Source: Bacillus subtilis subsp. subtilis str. 168
GTDB lineage: Bacteria; Bacillota; Bacilli; Bacillales; Bacillaceae
Assembly: GCF_000009045.1 (NCBI RefSeq)
Contig: NC_000964.3
Location: forward strand, 806,001-870,000
DNA length: 64,000 bases
Direction: 5' to 3'
Shown: positions 9,941 to 17,715 of the stretch, one piece after another
How positions within the stretch are numbered: the first letter of the stretch is position 1
Layout: each line of letters begins with the position of its first letter
The notes under the pieces: generated by a model
Told to the model about the DNA's origin: nothing
Seen by the model: the letters and a program-made list of their open reading frames with translations, nothing else
Database searches by the model: none
Program-made: the position numbers and the translations under genes

Positions 9941-10112
9941 GTTTACACCTCTATCGTTATCAAACACGCACAATCGGCGTGTAATATTCACCCTTTTGAT
10001 TATAAAGGAGGATTCGGAATGTTGAAAGGTATAGGAAAGAAAAAGAAAAATTGCGTTCCGGGCGAGGTTTTGAGATACTATGGAATAGATTTCAGGAATT
10101 GAGGAGAACAAA

Positions 10113-11243
10113 ATGACGCAAACTTGGCCATTTTTACATAATGCACAATCATTTATACAAGAGAATTGGAATGCTTCCGGCTTTCAAAAGCCAACCCCTG
10201 TTCAGGAGCAGGCAGCCCAGCTGATCATGGACGGAAAGGATGTCATTGCAGAATCGCCGACAGGCACAGGGAAGACGCTGGCGTATGCGCTGCCGGTCTT
10301 GGAGCGGATCAAACCAGAGCAAAAGCATCCGCAGGCGGTGATTTTAGCGCCTTCCCGTGAGCTGGTCATGCAGATTTTTCAGGTGATTCAGGATTGGAAA
10401 GCGGGCTCAGAGCTGCGCGCGGCTTCCTTAATCGGCGGGGCGAATGTGAAGAAACAGGTCGAAAAGCTGAAGAAACATCCGCATATCATCGTCGGCACGC
10501 CAGGCAGGGTGTTTGAACTGATTAAAGCGAAGAAACTCAAAATGCATGAAGTGAAAACGATCGTGCTTGATGAAACGGATCAGCTCGTCCTGCCGGAGCA
10601 TCGCGAAACGATGAAGCAAATCATTAAAACAACATTAAGAGACCGCCAGCTTCTATGTTTTTCTGCCACGCTCAAAAAGGAAACAGAGGACGTGCTCCGC
10701 GAATTGGCGCAAGAGCCTGAGGTGTTGAAGGTGCAGCGAAGCAAGGCGGAGGCAGGGAAAGTGAAGCATCAATACCTGATTTGCGACCAGCGCGACAAAG
10801 TGAAGCTGCTGCAAAAGCTGTCAAGGCTTGAAGGCATGCAGGCACTCGTATTTGTGAGAGACATTGGCAACCTGAGTGTATATGCGGAAAAACTGGCATA
10901 TCACCACGTTGAACTCGGCGTTTTGCACAGTGAAGCGAAAAAAATGGAGCGAGCGAAAATCATTGCCACATTCGAAGACGGAGAGTTTCCTCTTTTATTG
11001 GCGACTGACATTGCCGCACGCGGTTTAGATATTGAAAACCTGCCATACGTGATTCATGCTGATATTCCAGATGAAGATGGCTATGTCCACAGATCAGGAC
11101 GAACAGGCCGGGCCGGAAAAGAAGGCAACGTGCTGAGCCTTGTGACAAAATTGGAGGAATCTAAGCTGAAAAAAATGGCGAAGAAGCTTGGTGTTGAGCT
11201 GAGTGAAGCTGTGTATGCAGGCGGAAAACTGAAGACGAAATAA
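10113..11243 (+). CDS. yfmL: DEAD-box-type RNA helicase, 376 aa
   Basis: Q motif PTPVQ, SPTGTGKT, PSREL, TPGR, DETD, SAT, ARGLD, HRSGRTGRAG. Confidence 0.95.
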   Translation: MTQTWPFLHNAQSFIQENWNASGFQKPTPVQEQAAQLIMDGKDVIAESPTGTGKTLAYALPVLERIKPEQKHPQAVILAPSRELVMQIFQVIQDWKAGSELRAASLIGGANVKKQVEKLKKHPHIIVGTPGRVFELIKAKKLKMHEVKTIVLDETDQLVLPEHRETMKQIIKTTLRDRQLLCFSATLKKETEDVLRELAQEPEVLKVQRSKAEAGKVKHQYLICDQRDKVKLLQKLSRLEGMQALVFVRDIGNLSVYAEKLAYHHVELGVLHSEAKKMERAKIIATFEDGEFPLLLATDIAARGLDIENLPYVIHADIPDEDGYVHRSGRTGRAGKEGNVLSLVTKLEESKLKKMAKKLGVELSEAVYAGGKLKTK

Positions 11244-11245
11244 AA

Positions 11246-11269
11246 AGAAGGGCGAAGAGCCCTTTTTTT
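11246..11269 (+). terminator. Intrinsic terminator after yfmL
   Basis: AAGGGC / GCCCTT stem followed by a T run. Confidence 0.7.
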
Positions 11270-11310
11270 GTTGTAAAATAATAGAAAAGATTTTGCGCGG
11301 AGGTGGGAAA

Positions 11311-11757
11311 ATGGCTTCAATAGACAGGTTTCAAGTAATGCAGGAGCCAGAGCTGAAAATCCTTGAACACTGGTTTGAGAATGAGGATACCAGACGGAGA
11401 ATGGATGGGATGCTGCTATTAGATGAGTGGTATGCACGAGTAAATAAAGATAAACACGATACTGTCATCATGGCGTATGATGGACAGCTGCCGGCAGGGA
11501 TGGTCGTTATTGAGTTCGGAGAGGAGCGGACATATATTGGATTGATCGTCAATCCTTTGTACCGGCTTAAAGGGTATGGAAAACAGATACTGCAAAAGCT
11601 GATGACCGAACCTGATTTTACTAGCGTGCGAGAATGGGTGGCATGCATTGAAGAAGACAATCGAATCAGTTTAGCTTGCTTTCAAGCAGCAGGATTCACT
11701 TTAGAAGACACGGAACCTGATGAAGATGGTTTTCTTACGCTGATTCTTCGCAACTGA
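11311..11757 (+). CDS. yfmK: GNAT acetyltransferase, 148 aa (known as a lysine acetyltransferase)
   Basis: GNAT motif A variant VNPLYRLKGYGK and NRISLACFQAAGF; RBS GGAGGTG before ATG 11311. Confidence 0.9.
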   Translation: MASIDRFQVMQEPELKILEHWFENEDTRRRMDGMLLLDEWYARVNKDKHDTVIMAYDGQLPAGMVVIEFGEERTYIGLIVNPLYRLKGYGKQILQKLMTEPDFTSVREWVACIEEDNRISLACFQAAGFTLEDTEPDEDGFLTLILRN

Positions 11758-11771
11758 TCTCATCGAAACAC

Positions 11772-11800
11772 AAAAGGAGGGCAAAAAGCCCTCCCGTTTT
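11772..11800. terminator. Bidirectional terminator between yfmK and yfmJ
   Basis: GGAGGGC / GCCCTCC stem flanked by A and T runs. Confidence 0.75.
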
Positions 11801-11809
11801 CATCTTCAT

Positions 11810-12829
11810 TCAGCTCGGATCACTGACCTTGATCAGCTGTTTCCCTTTATTTTCTCCCTTAAATAAACCGAGAAACGCGTCAGGAATGTTTTCGAAGCCT
11901 TCTGTGATGGTTTCCTCGTAATGGAGTTTACCAGCCTTCAGCCATTCTGCCAGCTGTTTTGCTCCCTCAGAAAAACGATCGGAGTAGTCGCTTACGATAA
12001 AGCCTTGCATCAGCGACTTCGTTTTAATGAGTTTTGATTGGACACGAGGGCCCATGTCATCTGCTTCGCTTTCTGCGTTATAGGAAGAAATGGCGCCGCA
12101 CACCGGAATGCGGGCAAATTCATTGAGCAGATTCATCACCGCGTCTGAAATCGGTCCGCCGACATTGTCAAAATACACATCGACACCGTCAGGACAAGCG
12201 TTTTGAAGCGCTTTTTGGATATCATCCGCTGTTTTGTAATTGATGGCTTCGTCAAACTGAAGCTCCTGTTTTAAATAGTCGATTTTTTCATCAGAGCCCG
12301 CGATGCCGACGACTCGCGCGCCTTTGATTTTGGCAATTTGCCCGACTGTTGAACCGACGGCTCCGGCAGCTCCTGAGACAACCACGGTTTCGCCTTCCTT
12401 CGGGCGTCCGATGTCCAGCAATCCGAAGTATGCTGTTAAGCCGGTCATTCCCAAAATGCCGAGATAGGCCGAAGCGGGAGCAAGGCTTGTATCAATTTTT
12501 CGCAAGGCAGACTCGCTCACAGCGGAAAATTCCTGCCAGCTGAGATTTCCGATGACGATATCGCCTTTTTTCAGATGATTCCCGTCTGACACAACTTCAG
12601 CGATAACCCCTCCAGAAAGCGCTTTATCCAAGGCGAACGGCTCAACATATGACTTCGTATCCTGCATACGGCCGCGCATATAAGGGTCAACCGATACATA
12701 AAGCGTTTTGACAAGCACTTCCCCTTGCTTGGGTTCAGGAACCGGAATGGTTTCAAAGCGAAAGTCTTCATGAACAGGAATACCTTGTGGACGTCTTGCT
12801 AATTGAATTTGCTGCTGAGATGCTGTCAT
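11810..12829 (-). CDS. yfmJ: NADP-dependent Zn-independent MDR oxidoreductase (CurA/PGR-like), 339 aa
   Basis: LARRPQGIP, SVDPYMRGRM, GMTGLTAYFGL, VSGAAGAVG, DVYFDNVGG, GKQL; RBS GGAGG. Confidence 0.93.
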   Translation of the reverse strand: MTASQQQIQLARRPQGIPVHEDFRFETIPVPEPKQGEVLVKTLYVSVDPYMRGRMQDTKSYVEPFALDKALSGGVIAEVVSDGNHLKKGDIVIGNLSWQEFSAVSESALRKIDTSLAPASAYLGILGMTGLTAYFGLLDIGRPKEGETVVVSGAAGAVGSTVGQIAKIKGARVVGIAGSDEKIDYLKQELQFDEAINYKTADDIQKALQNACPDGVDVYFDNVGGPISDAVMNLLNEFARIPVCGAISSYNAESEADDMGPRVQSKLIKTKSLMQGFIVSDYSDRFSEGAKQLAEWLKAGKLHYEETITEGFENIPDAFLGLFKGENKGKQLIKVSDPS

Positions 12830-12929
12830 TTTCATCCTCCTATCACTTGGTTGACACCACTGTAACATGGACAGGAGAGGAAATACAAAAGGTAAGCTGG
12901 CATACAAAAAAGGTTATAGATGAGCTTAT

Positions 12930-13235
12930 GCTTTCTACAAGCTCTTTTGTTTTAAAAGTTCTCTTTAGTCATTTATCATTATTAGAAAACAGAACAGAAA
13001 AAGAGCTCCTGTACACCTAGCTAAGATTGGCTAGTGTGTATGTCGATTCTTTTTCATATTCTTGCAAGCATCTGCGAGGGGGAGCTTAGTCGTTCACATT
13101 TTGCTTTCGCATCAATCTGCAATAGCAAAGTCTATGCGATTTTTTTACATCAGCAAAGATTTGTTCAATTTTTTCCTTTTATGCCGAGTTTTTCTGAAAC
13201 AGATAATTGATGGTACTCAACCATTTTCTTTTGGT
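12930..13235 (-). mobile_element. Degenerate 3' remnant of an IS1182-family-like transposase (left copy)
   Basis: Minus strand reads ...QLSVSEK / KEKIEQIFADVKKSHRLCYCRLMRKQNVND* / ACKNMKK with stop and frameshifts; resembles, from memory, the IS1182 C-terminus KEKIERSFADSKQLHGLRYCRLRG...ACQNMKKIA. Confidence 0.65.
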
Positions 13236-13310
13236 CAATAAAGTAATGTTTACTTATTAATTAAACACGCGAAAAAGCAAACGAAAACATAATTAAATTT
13301 TATATATTTA

Positions 13311-14531
13311 TTAAAAGCTTATATGTTTATTTACCTTTTTTTTGAATTGTAATTGAGAAAATCCATATATTGCGGACACTAATAAAAGAATACCTGCTGA
13401 AACATAAACTAAACGAACTCCAAGGAAATCTGAAATAGCCCCTATAGCCAGAATTGAAAACATAAAAATGAACTGTACTAAAGAAGACCTTGCAGACATT
13501 ATATTAATTCGAGTTTGCTCGGTTGTTATGTTCTGAATAAGTGTTTCTTGTGTAAGATCTCTTAATATATAAGCCGGCCCCATAAAGAGAACCAAAATTA
13601 GAGCTAAGTATGAATTACTTATAAAACCATATATTAAAGTTAAACTTCCATATGAGACAGCGCCAATTAACATAAAATTAATTAACTTATTTTGAAATCT
13701 CTCCGACAGCTTATATATTATAAATCCCCCTATCATCGAACCTAAATAATATGCTCCATTAATAAATCCCCACCATGATTCTCCTTTATGCAAGACTTCG
13801 TTAACGAAAGCTAAAGAGACAGATCCTATCCAAATCATTCCTGCCCATGACTCAATTAAATCCATAATAATAATTGTTCTAAGTTTCTTTTGGCTAAATA
13901 AATACCGCCAACCACTTACTATACTCTTATTGGGAGAATTTTTTTCACGTATGACAGAATTAGCGTGGCCATGTGGTAGACAAAATAAAAGAGAAAGAAG
14001 AGATGTAAACAACAAAAAGATAGTAAGTATAATGGTATATCCCTCACCTAAAAATGCAATTATGAGACCACCTAAAGACCAGCCTACAAATTGAAAAGTT
14101 TGGTCCACTGTAGATAATAATCCATTTGCTTTTACTCTTCTATCAGGAGAGATTATTTCCCCTATAATTGCACTTTTTAAAGGTGAGAACCATCCATTAA
14201 AAAAGGAAATACAGCTAATAATAATAAAGACTAAAATGAGAGTTTGATTAGAGTAAGTTCTTAATAAAGCATAGAACAAACATATTAATAACAGCATTTG
14301 TATCAATTGAGAAATAATTATTGTAAGAGGCAGTTTTAATCGAATTGTTATTAACGGTAATATAGCACTTCCAAAAATACGAAAAATAATACTTATTAAT
14401 GTCACCATAGAGGCGATGGTTGTCGAATTGGTCATTTTAAACAAAAACGAAATCACTACCATAGTATATAGAGAAAAACCTAAATTTGTAGTGGTCTGGC
14501 TAAATAAAATAGAATAATAACCTTTACTCAT
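13311..14531 (-). CDS. yfmI: MFS exporter (DHA3/MefA-like), 406 aa, AT-rich
   Basis: About 12 TM segments; SQTTTNLGFSLY N-terminus, PLKSAIIGEII, RVKANGLLSTVDQ; RBS AGGGAGG. Confidence 0.9.
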   Translation of the reverse strand: MSKGYYSILFSQTTTNLGFSLYTMVVISFLFKMTNSTTIASMVTLISIIFRIFGSAILPLITIRLKLPLTIIISQLIQMLLLICLFYALLRTYSNQTLILVFIIISCISFFNGWFSPLKSAIIGEIISPDRRVKANGLLSTVDQTFQFVGWSLGGLIIAFLGEGYTIILTIFLLFTSLLSLLFCLPHGHANSVIREKNSPNKSIVSGWRYLFSQKKLRTIIIMDLIESWAGMIWIGSVSLAFVNEVLHKGESWWGFINGAYYLGSMIGGFIIYKLSERFQNKLINFMLIGAVSYGSLTLIYGFISNSYLALILVLFMGPAYILRDLTQETLIQNITTEQTRINIMSARSSLVQFIFMFSILAIGAISDFLGVRLVYVSAGILLLVSAIYGFSQLQFKKKVNKHISF

Positions 14532-14728
14532 ATGTATCCTCCCTTGGAATAATTTTTCTCGGTAAAGAGCTTAAACATATTTAAACACCTTAAAACAACA
14601 AAAGTAAAGAAAAAATTTCCTTGTAAACTATTTACTTTTATTCTATTTATTGTTATTGTTTATTTAAGTTCTCTGACTATTCTATCAATATTCAGGGAAC
14701 CACATATCTTATTAAAGGGGGGAAAACC

Positions 14729-14800
14729 ATGAGAAAATTAAGAAAAAACTGGAGAAAATCGATTGTTAGCCCGGTTCTTTATACTAATGAAAAATGGTAA
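14729..14800 (+). CDS. yfmH: 23-aa peptide MRKLRKNWRKSIVSPVLYTNEKW (below ORF-track cut-off)
   Basis: AAAGGGGGG RBS, 6 nt to ATG 14729, TAA at 14798-14800; directly upstream of yfmG. Confidence 0.75.
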   Translation: MRKLRKNWRKSIVSPVLYTNEKW

Positions 14801-14808
14801 ACACTTAG

Positions 14809-14831
14809 GGAATAGCATTTAATGCTATTCC
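14809..14831 (+). other. Perfect 11-bp inverted repeat between yfmH and yfmG
   Basis: GGAATAGCATT-T-AATGCTATTCC. Confidence 0.85.
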
Positions 14832-14866
14832 TTATTTCAACAAACAAATCGGGAGGTTATCGTAAT

Positions 14867-16330
14867 TTGACTCTATTAATGCAAGATCATAAATCAATTT
14901 ACAATAAAGATATAGAAATATTAATTGAAGTTGAAGAACTTATTACTTCTGTTCCAGAAAATAAAAAAAATGATTTTAAGAGTTTAATCGATAATAGAAT
15001 TATGACTCTACTAAATAAAATTCAACACCCTGTAGCAGCGGAAAATGTGTTTGGGATGTGTATTGCTTATCCGAATACTTACATAAGGTATAGATTAATT
15101 GATTTCGTTGAAAAATGGGTACCTTATTTCTCTGCTGTAGAAACTATAATCAATCTAACCCAGGATCCGGATGATTTAGTTTCTTTTAAAGCTATGGATG
15201 TCTGTGCAAATCATAAAATTGAAGAATCTGTAGCATATTTGTCTTCGATTATTGATGATGTCCGGGAGAGTATAAGCTACCCTAAAAAACCTGTGGGATT
15301 AGGGGCCCAAAAAGTATTAAGTACATTATTAGATATATTCGGTGTTGAAAAACATGAAGAGCTAGTAATGCTAAAAAATTATTTTGATCAAAATGGTATA
15401 CTTCCTAATAACTTTGACTTTGAAGAAAAAATTCCTCAAAGTCTAATAGAGGAATTCGAAAAAACAGAAGAAGATGGGATGATTTTAATTCCGGGTGGCT
15501 TTTTTGAATTCGGTTTAAATGAAAATGAAATTCCTGACAAAACATTTAATTGGAAAGATGCTGTTCCTAGACAAAAAGTATGGTTACCTCCATTTTTTAT
15601 CGATAAGTATCCTGTTACAAATAAAGATTATGATATCTTTACCGAGTTCATAGAGGAAAATGGGCATATATTCTGTCATCCTAATGAACCGCAGAATAAA
15701 CAACATAGAAGAAATACATATTGGGATGATAGGTATTTAGATAATCATCCCGTTACAGGTATAGATTTTTATGATGCATTTGCTTACGCAAGATATAAGG
15801 GGAAAGAATTGCCAACCGAGTTTCAATGGGAAAAAGCTGCTCGAGGCGAAAAGGGTAATGTCTGGCCTTGGGGAGATAAATTTGATCCTGCAAAGGTTCA
15901 ATATGCTGGAAGTCTTTATAATGAACCCATTACTTCTTTAAAGTCCTGGAGAGAAAATTTATTAAAAGCTCATGCTGATAAAGAATTAAATCATTTAACA
16001 AGTGATATTTTTGAACAAAATGGTGAAAGTCCCTATGGAGTATGCGGTATGATCGGCGGAACATGGGAGTGGACTAGAAGTGAGCTTAAAACAAAGAGAG
16101 CTTTCCACCCTATTTTTGAGAATGTACCATTTAATAGTGTTAACTCATTTGCCGTTCTTAAAGGAGGATCATTCTTCTCTCATCCAGGCTTAATGTTCCC
16201 TTCTTTTAGAGCAAAAGATATTCCTTTCTGTCGACACAATGAAATGGGGATTAGATGCGTAAAGAATATTCCAGTATATAAAATTAGAGAATCAATTAAT
16301 GGGCCAATTACTAATAAAGCAATTTATTAA
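14867..16330 (+). CDS. yfmG: FGE/SUMF1-sulfatase-modifying-fold protein with helical N-terminal domain, 487 aa
   Basis: MILIPGGFFEFG, FFIDKYPVTN, HPVTGIDFYDAFAYA, LPTEFQWEKAARG, WPWG, SPYGVCGMIGGTWEWT, LKGGSF, GIRCV; GGGAGG then TTG at 14867. Confidence 0.88.
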   Translation: MTLLMQDHKSIYNKDIEILIEVEELITSVPENKKNDFKSLIDNRIMTLLNKIQHPVAAENVFGMCIAYPNTYIRYRLIDFVEKWVPYFSAVETIINLTQDPDDLVSFKAMDVCANHKIEESVAYLSSIIDDVRESISYPKKPVGLGAQKVLSTLLDIFGVEKHEELVMLKNYFDQNGILPNNFDFEEKIPQSLIEEFEKTEEDGMILIPGGFFEFGLNENEIPDKTFNWKDAVPRQKVWLPPFFIDKYPVTNKDYDIFTEFIEENGHIFCHPNEPQNKQHRRNTYWDDRYLDNHPVTGIDFYDAFAYARYKGKELPTEFQWEKAARGEKGNVWPWGDKFDPAKVQYAGSLYNEPITSLKSWRENLLKAHADKELNHLTSDIFEQNGESPYGVCGMIGGTWEWTRSELKTKRAFHPIFENVPFNSVNSFAVLKGGSFFSHPGLMFPSFRAKDIPFCRHNEMGIRCVKNIPVYKIRESINGPITNKAIY

Positions 16331-16384
16331 TCATTCTAGGTTAGAGACTTGATAAAAGTATACTAACATTGTGTAGTAATGTTC

Positions 16385-16670
16385 AGCTTGTAGAAAAAAC
16401 AATGTTTTTTCTACAAGATTTTATTTTAAATGCTTTTCAAAATTATCAGGGATTGAGAATCAGAAAAAGAGCCATTAAGCTCGATCTTAGCTAGGTATTA
16501 CGATCTTCTGTATATTATTGTGAGAAATATAGAAGATTCAGTTAGTTAGCATTTCGATTTTAAGCTGAGCCTGCAATAGCAAAGCATCTGTTTTGATTAT
16601 TCTTTTTCTGATACATAAGCTAATTTTGTCGCTTTTCTTTTTTGTCTTTTCACGCATTTCGAGGATGACT
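16385..16670 (-). mobile_element. Second, more decayed IS1182-like 3' remnant (right copy), same orientation as the left copy
   Basis: Shares TTTCTACAAG, CAGAAAAAGAGC and CTGCAATAGCAAAG with the left copy in the same order; minus strand reads RNA*KDKKEKRQN*L..., KQMLCYCRL, NIQKIV..LAK. Confidence 0.6.
16387..16427 (+). terminator. 14-bp perfect hairpin plus T run after yfmG (probably also part of the IS end)
   Basis: CTTGTAGAAAAAAC-AAT-GTTTTTTCTACAAG followed by ATTTTATTTT. Confidence 0.7.
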
Positions 16671-16850
16671 TACTATAATTCTTTCAGCTTTTCTATGTGT
16701 TAAGATTCGAATAGATGAAATAACTTTAACAAGTTGGTCAATAAGAACAGATTTAACTTTATGTTAAAAGAGTATCTCGTATAGAACATAAGAAGAATGA
16801 CGAGTTTTTTAAGATTATCATCAATTATGTGAGAATAAAATATTATAAGG

Positions 16851-16883
16851 GAAAATGAAGGCTGTCACGTTTCTCGACAGCCC
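16851..16883 (-). terminator. Terminator of the yfmCDEF operon
   Basis: GGCTGTC / GACAGCC stem; T-rich tail on the minus strand. Confidence 0.65.
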
Positions 16884-16902
16884 TAGGGAATTCCTCTCCT
16901 TT

Positions 16903-17703
16903 TCATTTCGCCCGTAATTTCGGGCACAGTCCCGTCGGCAGGCACATTGGCTTCTGGTCGATCGGGCTTCTCATGATGCAGCATTCCAAGCCGAAGACTT
17001 CACGGAAAAATGGCTGGGTGAACACATCTTCCGGTGTTCCGGCGTTGTATATTTTTCCGTCCAGCACACTGATCAGATAGTCAGCATATTGAGCGGCTTG
17101 GTTTAAATCATGGAGCACCATGACAACGGTGCGGCCATGGTCGCGGTTCAGCTTTTTCAGCAGTTCAAGCACTTCAATCTGATGTGAGATGTCTAAATAC
17201 GTGGTCGGCTCATCAAGCAAAAGCAAATCAGTGCCTTGCGCAAGTGCCATGGAAATCCAGGCTCTTTGTCTTTGGCCGCCTGAGAGGGCATCAAGTGTCC
17301 GATCCTTCAGTTCAATCATGCCCGTTGCTTCCAGCGCCCACTCTACCATGTCATGATCCTCTTGGGTATGCTTGGATAACAGCTTTTTGTGAGGATGTCT
17401 GCCAAAATAGCATAATTCCTCTACCGTCAATCCTTCAGGAGCCTGAGGAGATTGTGGAAGAATGGCCAGTTTTTTTGCGACTTCTTTTGATGGCTGGCGG
17501 TGGATGTCTTTTCCTTCTAGTAGCACTGTACCGCTTTTTGGGGCCATCAGCCTGGCGAGCGATTTGAGGATTGTTGATTTACCGCAGCCATTAGCGCCGA
17601 TGAGCGCAGTGATTTTTCCTTCTTCTATCTTTAAGTCGACTCCGTCAATAATCACTGTACTGTCATATGAAAGAGTGAGCTGGTCTGCAGCCAGTTTTCC
17701 CAT
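16903..17703 (-). CDS. yfmF: Ferric-citrate ABC importer ATPase, 266 aa
   Basis: [43 protein letters not shown]. Confidence 0.95.
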
Positions 17704-17715
17704 GGTATCCTCTCC

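Noticed and set aside
9941-10111. 57-codon N-terminal extension of yfmM, and similar extensions given for yfmP, yfmJ, yfmC, yfmD, nagP, yflN and yfkF
   Set aside because: Better RBS-start pairs lie downstream; the extensions cross promoter regions
12787-13020. 77-aa plus-strand ORF
   Set aside because: Overlaps the yfmJ start and promoter and the IS remnant on the opposite strand; no RBS
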